From a virus, in the IMG/VR virus record IMGVR_UViG_3300036851_000176, positions 64,001 through 128,000 of that record: DNA of 64,000 nucleotides; one strand, 5' to 3'. Made by a program: the position numbers and the translations under genes. Below the pieces are notes generated by a model. It was not told where the DNA came from and made no database searches. It saw only the letters and a list, made by a program, of their open reading frames with translations. Every line of letters starts with the position of its first letter. The first letter of the stretch is position 1. This document shows positions 39,188-46,244 of the stretch, one piece after another.

Positions 39188-39271
39188 CGGAAGGCCGAGG
39201 TCACGATCCCCACGCCTTTCGGCGCGATCCGGCTAGCAACCGGTCCCCGGGCCATCCCAGGTTGACCTTCC
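39188..39271 (-). tRNA. tRNA-Ser(GCT)
   Basis: CCGG-TTGCTAG-CCGG, long V arm. Confidence 0.85.
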
Positions 39272-39275
39272 GTAG

Positions 39276-39349
39276 TCCCCACGCCAGGATTCGAACCTGG
39301 ATCCCTCCGGTTTGAGCGGAGTGCGTCTGCCGGATTGCGCCACGCGGGG
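39276..39349 (-). tRNA. tRNA-Leu(CAA), short variable arm
   Basis: CTCCG-CTCAAAC-CGGAG. Confidence 0.88.
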
Positions 39350-39359
39350 CTATGTCGAG

Positions 39360-39446
39360 TACGGGAGGCGGGAGTCGAACCCGCACGTCCTTTCGGACAC
39401 CGATTTCTGAGACCGGCGCGTCTACCGAGATTCCAGCCACTCCCGT
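39360..39446 (-). tRNA. tRNA-Leu(CAG)
   Basis: CCGGT-CTCAGAA-ATCGG. Confidence 0.9.
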
Positions 39447-39454
39447 ATGTCGAG

Positions 39455-39527
39455 AGCCGATGGCAGGAATCGAACCTGCGTGGACGGGGTTGCAATCCGT
39501 CGCCTGGGACCACTCGGCCACATCGGC
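39455..39527 (-). tRNA. tRNA-Cys(GCA)
   Basis: loop TTGCAAC, U73. Confidence 0.9.
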
Positions 39528-39528
39528 T

Positions 39529-39602
39529 TGGTGGGCGCCCTAGGATTTGCACCTAGTCCTGCGGGGTTACGGCCCGGAATGCTCTAACTACACCAGACGC
39601 CC
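39529..39602 (-). tRNA. tRNA-Tyr(GTA), short variable arm
   Basis: CGGG-CCGTAAC-CCCG, encoded ACCA. Confidence 0.8.
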
Positions 39603-39609
39603 AAGTAGG

Positions 39610-39666
39610 TCAGTCCGCCGAGGCGGACTGGCTAAGACTTAGGCAATACAACTGGTGCGCGAACAT
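39610..39666 (-). CDS. putative leader peptide MFAHQLYCLSLSQSASAD of the Tyr/Cys/Leu/Ser tRNA operon
   Basis: ATG 10 nt after -10 box; LYCLSLS core; stop 7 nt before tRNA-Tyr. Confidence 0.75.
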   Translation of the reverse strand: MFAHQLYCLSLSQSASAD

Positions 39667-39676
39667 AACGTGCCGG

Positions 39677-39705
39677 AGTATAGACGAAGATTGCTGATTT
39701 CGCAA
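39677..39705 (-). promoter_or_regulatory. promoter, tRNA operon 3
   Basis: TTGCGA-N17-TATACT. Confidence 0.75.
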
Positions 39706-39928
39706 GTATCTTCTCTACTTGAGCAATCAGAGGTACTCGACGTGAAGAGTTCCGCCGAAGGGGAGGGTGCCATCGAAGAGGAACATTCCAAGTTCGTCAC
39801 CTTGGTAGGCCAGAATCGAGGGTATTTTCCTCGCGATCTTCTTGCTCCAGCGCCCACGCCGAGATGATCTTTCCAAGAGGAGGATCCGGAAAGAGGGGAC
39901 GACCCAGTTCGTCTCGATCGTCGGGCAC

Positions 39929-40189
39929 TTACTTCGCCTGGAACATCGGCTTCAGCCGAGGTCGCGTCTCTGGCTTAGGGTCTCCCTCGTCCTCTGGGTA
40001 ATCCACCGGCTGGCCCGAGATGCTGATGTCTCCTGTCCCGTTTTCTACAATCCTGTTCACGTTGTATCGGACGCGAAAGTCGTTCGAGTAGACATCGTTG
40101 TCGATTTCTAGGGTCTCTCCTTCTCCCGGAAGCAGCACATACCCAACCGCGAAGACAAAGCAGTTATCCGTGTGGTTCGTGAGGATCAT
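39929..40189 (-). CDS. hypothetical protein
   Basis: 86 aa ORF. Confidence 0.6.
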   Translation of the reverse strand: MILTNHTDNCFVFAVGYVLLPGEGETLEIDNDVYSNDFRVRYNVNRIVENGTGDISISGQPVDYPEDEGDPKPETRPRLKPMFQAK

Positions 40190-40192
40190 GAC

Positions 40193-40579
40193 TCAGGCCG
40201 GGTAAGGAACGATGTTGTACAGGACCACCAGAATCCCGCTGGCTACCGATCCTCCCGTCACATGAGCACTGATCTTTCCATCCTCGCTGGCAATGGATTT
40301 GATCCCGGATCCGAGTTCCGCCAAAACCGCGTAAGACGTGGCCGGAATGGAAGAGCCGGATGTGATCGAGTTGTCGGCTCCGATCCCTACACCCAACGAT
40401 CCAGATCCAGAGAACGCTTTCAGGACGACTACGGTGCTGACGATTGCCCAGCCCTTCGGAATCAGATCTCCGAATTCGTAGGTTCCGGCAGAAAGACCGG
40501 GGCGAGCATCGAAGGTGGCGACCTTTGAGGTTTGTCCACCCTTCATCAGGGCGTAAATCTCTGAAAGGGGAGCAGTCAT
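40193..40579 (-). CDS. hypothetical beta-rich protein
   Basis: Leaderless ATG 6 nt after TACACT. Confidence 0.6.
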   Translation of the reverse strand: MTAPLSEIYALMKGGQTSKVATFDARPGLSAGTYEFGDLIPKGWAIVSTVVVLKAFSGSGSLGVGIGADNSITSGSSIPATSYAVLAELGSGIKSIASEDGKISAHVTGGSVASGILVVLYNIVPYPA

Positions 40580-40606
40580 GGTGCGAGTGTACCATGCAAA
40601 ATCAGG

Positions 40607-40679
40607 AGCCGGGGAGAGGAGTCGAACCCCCACCGCAACCGTACAAAGGGTGCATGCTAGCCATTAACACCACCCCGGC
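40607..40679 (-). tRNA. tRNA-Thr(TGT)
   Basis: loop TTTGTAC, GCC 5' end. Confidence 0.85.
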
Positions 40680-40735
40680 TCGATCGTTCACTGGTGCAAG
40701 AAACTACGTTATGACTTAGTTTTCCGCACCAGTAG

Positions 40736-40808
40736 AGGCCCTAGGAGGATTCGAACCCCCGACTCACGCGGTAGAAACGCGCAGCTCTGTCCCCTGAGCT
40801 ACAGGGCC
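40736..40808 (-). tRNA. tRNA-Arg(TCT)
   Basis: GCGCG-TTTCTAC-CGCGT, GGA in D loop. Confidence 0.88.
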
Positions 40809-40838
40809 TTGGTAGTCATTACACGTACGATGTATCTG

Positions 40839-40929
40839 TCAGGCGCTAGTCTCCCTTGACCACTCCTGCCTCTCGTCCGCTGGTACCCGCTCGCGAGCGC
40901 ACGCCGGAATCGAACCGGCCGTCTCCTGA
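40839..40929 (-). ncRNA. circularly permuted tRNA-like RNA (Y RNA/YrlA-like candidate)
   Basis: T arm GCCGG-TTCGATT-CCGGC lies 5' of D-arm-like TGGTC-AAGGGA-GACTA; closed by TCAGG/CCTGA. Confidence 0.55.
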
Positions 40930-40931
40930 AG

Positions 40932-41003
40932 TGGATCCCCGAGGACTCGAACCCCGATCTCATGGCTTAAAAGGCCAGACTCTGCCTGTTGAGTTAGAGA
41001 TCC
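40932..41003 (-). tRNA. tRNA-Lys(TTT)
   Basis: TGGC-CTTTTAA-GCCA. Confidence 0.88.
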
Positions 41004-41045
41004 ATGTGCCGCAATTGGAAGGGGATGCGGCCAACCGTCTTCGAG

Positions 41046-41118
41046 TGGACCGGCCGAGATTCGAACTCGGATCGCACGCGGTGCAAGCGCGGCAGGTTCC
41101 CATTACGCCCACCAGCCC
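41046..41118 (-). tRNA. tRNA-Ala(TGC)
   Basis: loop CTTGCAC, G3-U70. Confidence 0.88.
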
Positions 41119-41129
41119 AGGTGTTGCTA

Positions 41130-41204
41130 TCGGCCGAGGAGGATTCGAACCTCCGACTGACACGGGTTCGAAGCCCGCCGCTCTGTCCACTGAGCTACCA
41201 GCCG
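41130..41204 (-). tRNA. tRNA-Arg(TCG)
   Basis: GCGGG-CTTCGAA-CCCGT. Confidence 0.88.
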
Positions 41205-41212
41205 TTATGTAG

Positions 41213-41285
41213 TGCGGCGAGCAAGAGTCGAACTTGCGTCCTCCGGGTTCGCAACCCGGCGCTCTGTCCTCTGAGCTATCGTCGC
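41213..41285 (-). tRNA. tRNA-Arg(GCG)
   Basis: CCGGG-TTGCGAA-CCCGG. Confidence 0.88.
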
Positions 41286-41334
41286 GCGTGTCATGCAATA
41301 CACGTTTTTCATGTACAACGTGACAGTCTTGCAG

Positions 41335-41407
41335 TGGCGCCCCGAGGACTTGCACCCCGTTCGCGCGGCTTAAGAGGCCGGACTCTGGCTCGTTGAGTTA
41401 GAGCGCC
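41335..41407 (-). tRNA. tRNA-Lys(CTT)
   Basis: CGGC-CTCTTAA-GCCG. Confidence 0.85.
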
Positions 41408-41415
41408 ATATGTAG

Positions 41416-41486
41416 TAGGCATCCAGAGACTTGAACTCCGATCTCCTGGGTGTAGGCCAGGTGTCCTCCCATTGGACGAGACGCCT
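41416..41486 (-). tRNA. tRNA-Val(TAC)
   Basis: CCTGG-CCTACAC-CCAGG. Confidence 0.82.
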
Positions 41487-41499
41487 ATGTTGTTTCGAG

Positions 41500-41572
41500 T
41501 GGACCGGGGAGCGATCGAATCTCCCGCCTCTCCTTTATCAGAGGAGCGCTCTGCCGTCTGAGCTACCAGTCC
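41500..41572 (-). tRNA. tRNA-Ile(GAT)
   Basis: CTCCT-CTGATAA-AGGAG. Confidence 0.88.
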
Positions 41573-41593
41573 ATGTTCCGTGCTGGACTGCGG

Positions 41594-41689
41594 CTATGCG
41601 ACGGTAATGCGCGTCGCGGCCAGCACGGTGCGGACGACGGTTCTCGTCGTTCGCTTGAGTTTCCTCTGTGCTGTCCGCGTGAAGTTCAT
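41594..41689 (-). CDS. putative leader peptide MNFTRTAQRKLKRTTRTVVRTVLAATRITVA of the Ile/Val/Lys/Arg/Ala/Thr tRNA operon
   Basis: Leaderless ATG 7 nt after -10; 25 of 31 residues are I/V/K/R/A/T. Confidence 0.8.
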   Translation of the reverse strand: MNFTRTAQRKLKRTTRTVVRTVLAATRITVA

Positions 41690-41696
41690 GATCGTG

Positions 41697-41724
41697 ACCT
41701 TAGCAGGTTTCGAGAAAAAGTCAA
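41697..41724 (-). promoter_or_regulatory. promoter, tRNA operon 2
   Basis: TTGACT-N16-TAAGGT with TG extension. Confidence 0.75.
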
Positions 41725-41725
41725 G

Positions 41726-41798
41726 AGCCACCGATCGGATTTGAACCGATCCTACAACGTTGGCAACGTTGCGTGCTACCGCTAGACACTACGGTGGC
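41726..41798 (-). tRNA. tRNA-Gly(GCC)
   Basis: CAACG-TTGCCAA-CGTTG, U73. Confidence 0.88.
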
Positions 41799-41927
41799 AA
41801 ATGGAGAGCCTAGGTCCTCAGTTATTCCCCGCCGGGGAGGACTCCACGGCATCACTCCTAAGAGTGGCGGGCCAGATGTCTCCGATGTCAACTCTCCTGG
41901 GAGACCCACGGTCTTTGGTTTTTCCAG

Positions 41928-42001
41928 AGCGCCTGCTCGGATTCGAACCGAGACTGCCAGCTTGGAAGGCTGGCGTGCTGACCGTTAAACACTACGGGCG
42001 C
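41928..42001 (-). tRNA. tRNA-Gly(TCC)
   Basis: CCAGC-CTTCCAA-GCTGG. Confidence 0.92.
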
Positions 42002-42029
42002 GTGCTTGCCATGGTACCTGAAACGAGAG

Positions 42030-42101
42030 CGGGTCTACGGAGGATCGAACTCCGATCTGTGCCTCGACAGGGCACCGTCCTAGCCATTGAACGACAGACC
42101 C
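42030..42101 (-). tRNA. tRNA-Asp(GTC)
   Basis: GTGCC-CTGTCGA-GGCAC, G73. Confidence 0.9.
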
Positions 42102-42194
42102 AAGGATGAGGAGTGAGCGGTGCAAATCGACCACCCTCATCAGCAACTCCTGTCCGGATGCATCCCCGGCTCAGGTCAGCAGCGTCCTACTGAG

Positions 42195-42268
42195 TGTCCC
42201 GACCGGGATTCGAACCCGGGTCGCCGCCGTGAGAGGGCGGTATCCTAGACCAACTAGACGATCAGGAC
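42195..42268 (-). tRNA. tRNA-Glu(CTC)
   Basis: CCGCC-CTCTCAC-GGCGG. Confidence 0.92.
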
Positions 42269-42320
42269 GTATCGGGGTTCTTCATCTCCGGGCCTGAACC
42301 CGAAGCGAGTGCTACCCCAG

Positions 42321-42394
42321 TGCCACCGGCGGGATTCGAACCCGCATCGCCGAGCTTGAAAGGCTCGCATCCTAAGCCATTAGACGACGTTGGC
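42321..42394 (-). tRNA. tRNA-Glu(TTC)
   Basis: CGAGC-CTTTCAA-GCTCG. Confidence 0.9.
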
Positions 42395-42395
42395 A

Positions 42396-42680
42396 AGTCC
42401 CCTTGCGGGGAGCGCCCAGTCCGCTTGCCCTCTACCGGGGGCCGACCGGGCAATGATTGAGGCACCTGCGGGCCGTGCCTCCCTGCGCCCTCCGGAGAAT
42501 CCATGAGGCTGCGAGCGGTGGAGAGTCGATCGCGCCTGGGATGTCAATTCGGGAGGGTCATGACTCCCTCCCGACCTGGCCGTCGCCAGGATTTCAGTGT
42601 TGCTCCGTCGAGCACCCCTCGGCCCGGACAACCGCCGGGACGGAAACGCGAGAGGCCACTGTCTCCGGGTTTCCCCTTCG
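42396..42680 (-). ncRNA. unassigned multi-stem RNA between tRNA-Met and tRNA-Glu
   Basis: At least six hairpins, e.g. CCTGGC-GACG-GCCAGG, TCGGGAGGG/CCCTCCCGA, GAGGCAC/GTGCCTC, TCCCC-GCAA-GGGGA. Confidence 0.5.
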
Positions 42681-42682
42681 AG

Positions 42683-42755
42683 TAGCGGGTACGGGAGTCG
42701 AACCCGCTGTCTTCGGCTTATGAGGCCGCTGTGGAAGCCGTTTCACTCCCCCGCT
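42683..42755 (-). tRNA. tRNA-Met(CAT)
   Basis: CGGC-CTCATAA-GCCG. Confidence 0.85.
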
Positions 42756-42761
42756 CGTCGG

Positions 42762-42789
42762 AGTATACATGCCGGAGATGGCATGTCAA
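42762..42789 (-). promoter_or_regulatory. promoter, tRNA operon 1
   Basis: TTGACA-N16-TATACT; ACATGCC/GGCATGT inverted repeat spans the spacer. Confidence 0.8.
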
Positions 42790-42793
42790 GGGC

Positions 42794-43162
42794 TTACTTG
42801 CAGTTCTGTGGATCGACCGCCTGGACGTTCTCCGGCTTCACGACTCCGTTGGGGATCTGAAACAGGAAGTCTCCACAGGCCGACTGACTTCCGTCTGCGT
42901 TCGACACGACGGCCAGGCACTCGAAGCGAATGGAGTTCTTGGGATCCTGAGCACACTTCACGATGCGCGCGATCTGGATTCCTTCGGCTGCCTCGGCCTT
43001 GTTGAAGTCTCGCTTCAGCGCGATCCCGGCTTTCTGCGTCACCGTCAGGGGTTTCGGCTTGGGCTTCGAGTCACCGCCCGTCGTCAAGACGATCGCGGCA
43101 ACAACGGCAGCTACTACGACCACGGCGAGTACGGCGTAACTGACGATCTGGTTGCGCTTCAT
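42794..43162 (-). CDS. membrane-anchored/secreted protein
   Basis: N-terminal TM, four Cys. Confidence 0.7.
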   Translation of the reverse strand: MKRNQIVSYAVLAVVVVAAVVAAIVLTTGGDSKPKPKPLTVTQKAGIALKRDFNKAEAAEGIQIARIVKCAQDPKNSIRFECLAVVSNADGSQSACGDFLFQIPNGVVKPENVQAVDPQNCK

Positions 43163-43668
43163 GGCTTTCCTTTCTCTTGAGGGATAGGTGGCGGCAATGC
43201 GTAAAAGACGAACTTACCGGGCTTGTTCGACCGTCCCGATCTATGAACCGCTACCGGAGCGGCTCCTTGTTGCCGACTCTGCGTGGTTGCTTCGACACAC
43301 TGCTTATGCAAGTCACGGTCGTACGGCAATTTGTACCCTCGCGGCTCGTCCGGGATCGACGAATACCCAAACGGACTTGCGTAATGCTTCTGCGGAATGA
43401 GCCAGAGATAGATCGCTCCGGTGCTGGGATCGGATTGGTCCTGTGGTTCGACGACATGACAACCCGCGAAAATGCTCTTCCTTGGCGGCTCGTTCGGAGT
43501 CGGCCATCCCGTGCCAGTGACTCTATAGTGGATCACAGTGAAATTGAGGCCGACGACGACCAGGATGGCGGCAAGTTTCAGCCCCCAGTACCCCCATCCC
43601 TTTGCACAAATCGCCCAGAGCAGAATCGCGTCTAGGATCGTCAGGGAGAGAAAGAGGCTAGAGATCAC
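43159..43668 (-). CDS. membrane protein (TolQ-like module)
   Basis: 2 TM, IYLW...PRGYKLPY..LH. Confidence 0.7.
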   Translation of the reverse strand: MISSLFLSLTILDAILLWAICAKGWGYWGLKLAAILVVVGLNFTVIHYRVTGTGWPTPNEPPRKSIFAGCHVVEPQDQSDPSTGAIYLWLIPQKHYASPFGYSSIPDEPRGYKLPYDRDLHKQCVEATTQSRQQGAAPVAVHRSGRSNKPGKFVFYALPPPIPQEKGKP

Positions 43669-44321
43669 GGGGCGCCCCCGCCGTAGTAGTCAGGAGCGCG
43701 CGTACCGTTTCCGCCGGAGGAGTCATAAGACACTCCTGCACTTGGATCAGCGGAGTAAACGACGTTCTTGGGAAGTTCGTTGTGTCCCGTCATTCTCCCC
43801 TTGGCATCGAGAGTGAAACGGAAAGGAGTCAGCGCCTGTCCCTCTCGGACAAGGACTACGTTGCGAGAGATCAGAGACTTGTCGTTGCCACGCAATCGCC
43901 ACAGTTCGACATGTACCTTGATGCTTCCTCGATCACTCTTCATGTAGAGATGAACGTTGACCGAATACTCACCCACGACCGCTCCCCTGATGACGACTCG
44001 TTCTCCGTTCTGAACCACCCTGACGGATCCTTCGGTCTCGGACGCTGCGGTTCCGAGGTCGTCGTGCTCAAGGTGCATGAGACCGACGCTGTCGGAACCG
44101 AAGTAAACGACGTTTCCTTCGGGATCCTCGACGTAAAGATCCACGTCATCATTCGATCCGTCCTTCCATGAGATCGTGACCGCGTACACACCCAGCGTGT
44201 CCACGGCCGTCGTCTTCTTGGGTGGCGGCTGAAGAAGAACGAGGATGATGAGAAGGAGACAGAACAGCGTATCGATCGCTGCCCATGCGACCGCCGCCCT
44301 AGCGCTGTCGCGGTGTGGCAT
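43665..44321 (-). CDS. single-TM protein with YfaP/DUF2135-like domain
   Basis: TM with Asp (IDTLF), W...DDVDLYVEDPEG, GEYSVNVHLY. Confidence 0.7.
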   Translation of the reverse strand: MPHRDSARAAVAWAAIDTLFCLLLIILVLLQPPPKKTTAVDTLGVYAVTISWKDGSNDDVDLYVEDPEGNVVYFGSDSVGLMHLEHDDLGTAASETEGSVRVVQNGERVVIRGAVVGEYSVNVHLYMKSDRGSIKVHVELWRLRGNDKSLISRNVVLVREGQALTPFRFTLDAKGRMTGHNELPKNVVYSADPSAGVSYDSSGGNGTRAPDYYGGGAP

Positions 44322-44733
44322 GATCTTTGAGGGGAAGCTGAAGCAACACGAGCACGACCGCGCAAGAGATTCCCACGAACGTCGCAAGCAATCCGCTTGA
44401 AGCGCCCGCGACCTTCTGCTGGAAATTCGTCACGTCACTCGAATCGCTGCTGAGCGCCATGAGGAATCCAGCGACCGTCCCGAGCATCGCCACCATCGGG
44501 CAGAGACCGATCGCCTCAGAGAGATGATGCTTCTCGTCCTTCTGCTCGTCCCATGCCAACTTCCCCGCGTATGCGCTAGCAACAGCGAACACACTGAAAA
44601 CAGCGCCAATCGCCAGTTTGGCCGGAGTGGGGATGCTGCCCGAATAGGAAATGTCTGCTGTGACAAGGCTTGCTACGAAGAGCACGTTGATCAGTGCCCA
44701 ACGGAGGAAGAGTTTCCTGTCACGAACCCTCAT
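44299..44733 (-). CDS. MotA/TolQ/ExbB-like membrane protein
   Basis: PMVAMLGTVAGF..., LLATFVGI. Confidence 0.75.
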   Translation of the reverse strand: MRVRDRKLFLRWALINVLFVASLVTADISYSGSIPTPAKLAIGAVFSVFAVASAYAGKLAWDEQKDEKHHLSEAIGLCPMVAMLGTVAGFLMALSSDSSDVTNFQQKVAGASSGLLATFVGISCAVVLVLLQLPLKDHATPRQR

Positions 44734-44759
44734 TTACTCACCTTACCAGAATGACCCGA

Positions 44760-45050
44760 CTAGTCAATTTTCGGAAGCATCGACTGCGGTTGGGAGATTC
44801 CTTTCTCGTCAACGGGCGTAATCAAGCCGTTCTGACAGGCCAGGAGAACGGCCTGGGCCAGATTCCGCGCTCCGAGTCGATCCTTAAGATCGCGGGTCAC
44901 TCGATTGATCTCGCTGAGCGAGAGATACTCCTCCTTGGCGATTTCCTTCAACTTCACCCCTGACGCTGTGCGCGCGAGGATGCGAGTTTGAAGGACCGTC
45001 AACGTAGGCTTTCGAACAGCTCGATCCACTGTGGTGCGATCAGGCGCCAT
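44760..45050 (-). CDS. LuxR-type HTH protein
   Basis: LT...ASG..KEIA...LGARNLAQAV..A..GLI. Confidence 0.75.
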   Translation of the reverse strand: MAPDRTTVDRAVRKPTLTVLQTRILARTASGVKLKEIAKEEYLSLSEINRVTRDLKDRLGARNLAQAVLLACQNGLITPVDEKGISQPQSMLPKID

Positions 45051-46090
45051 TGTCTCCTTTCTGCGAATGATCTGCCCGCCGTCGCGAGAGCCATGTATGT
45101 GTCGCGATCTTCCAGCACGTCCGTAAGCGCTCCAAGATAGTCGTCGTCTCGGAATGGAAGTGGAACGATTACCGCCGCTTCCGAAAACTCTTCTTCAAGA
45201 CAATCGCAGTTCGTTGTAACTACCGGCTTGCCCGCTGCCATGGCTTCGATGACTGTAATGCATCCAGTCTCGGTCGGAGACATAGTGTCACACGGATACG
45301 CAAGAGCGCTGCTCTGTCGATGCAAACGTGCGATCTCTGACTGTGGGAGACGACCAACATCCTCGACTCCATCTTGTCGAAGTCGGTGCCCGATCTCGAC
45401 AGCCATTGCTCCTCCCTGCGAGTGTCCCCAGATATTCGCCGCGACCCAATTGGACACTCCATACGCCACCTTCAATTCCGCTCCCGGCCAGCGCTCTCTG
45501 ACCTTGGGCCAGATACGCAGGAGATGGATCAGTCCACGATCGGGACTTGACGTATAGACGAAGCGCTTTTTGCGAGGCAACGTCAGGGTCTTGGGCCAAG
45601 GGAAGTGCTCCAGATCGACCCCGTTCGGAAGGACATAAAACGGACCGTCATTTCCCTCGTGAGCCAAGAAGTCAACATGCCACTGACTGAGTCCGATGAT
45701 GCCCGTTGCGAACTCCTGCGCGGCCTCTTTCCGCATGCCGGGAAGGTGCGCGCATTGCATCTCTACGAGACGGATGGGGTTTCTCTCGACAACGCGAGGG
45801 TCGGCAAATACGTCCGGGCATTCCCACGCGACGCAAGAGTCGTACTCGAACGTAGCCATACAGGTCATCGCCAATTTGTACGGCACGAACTCGAAGAACC
45901 CGCCGCTATCGTCGTAGACACGAGAAGGGGTCGTGGTAGGAACGAAATTTGTGACCTCGTGCCCTAGTTTCGCCCACTCCCGGGAAAGACGAATTAGGGC
46001 ACCTTCGCGACCGCCGACTCCGCGTTCGAGCGTCTCGTTGTTGATCTCTCCCCAGGCGTCAGATCCAGAGAGTGCCTGCGCGATCTTCAT
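44999..46090 (-). CDS. GT4 glycosyltransferase
   Basis: PNGVD, YTSSPDRGL, ETGCITVIEAMAAG. Confidence 0.9.
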   Translation of the reverse strand: MKIAQALSGSDAWGEINNETLERGVGGREGALIRLSREWAKLGHEVTNFVPTTTPSRVYDDSGGFFEFVPYKLAMTCMATFEYDSCVAWECPDVFADPRVVERNPIRLVEMQCAHLPGMRKEAAQEFATGIIGLSQWHVDFLAHEGNDGPFYVLPNGVDLEHFPWPKTLTLPRKKRFVYTSSPDRGLIHLLRIWPKVRERWPGAELKVAYGVSNWVAANIWGHSQGGAMAVEIGHRLRQDGVEDVGRLPQSEIARLHRQSSALAYPCDTMSPTETGCITVIEAMAAGKPVVTTNCDCLEEEFSEAAVIVPLPFRDDDYLGALTDVLEDRDTYMALATAGRSFAERRQWRLIAPQWIELFESLR

Positions 46091-46244
46091 CCGACGAGTC
46101 GAACCTTCCTCTTGCCGATGACGGTTTCGTGCAGGACATTCTGGCTAGTGAGCGGAGTCCGCACATTCGCGTAGTAGCAGAGCAACGTGAATGGACCTAC
46201 CTGGCGCGTCCACCACGTTCTCTTGGTCGTCTTGAGTCGCTCCA

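Noticed and set aside
40736-40808. Amber suppressor (CTA) tRNA
   Set aside because: The centred loop TTTCTAC gives TCT (Arg); no evidence of recoding in the ORFs.
42262-42504. ORF MDSPEGAG... as an Asp/Glu/Gly leader for operon 1
   Set aside because: It runs through tRNA-Glu, is not clearly enriched in D/E/G, and the nearby TTGACA (42547) has no -10 box.
36643-42755. Theta (HDV-like) ribozymes after tRNAs
   Set aside because: I could not find the P3/L3 and J4/2 pattern by eye in the trailers; a motif search would be needed.
36467-42860. 60-220 aa ORF-track calls overlapping tRNA and tmRNA genes
   Set aside because: Explained by the RNA genes; no RBS or protein-like composition.
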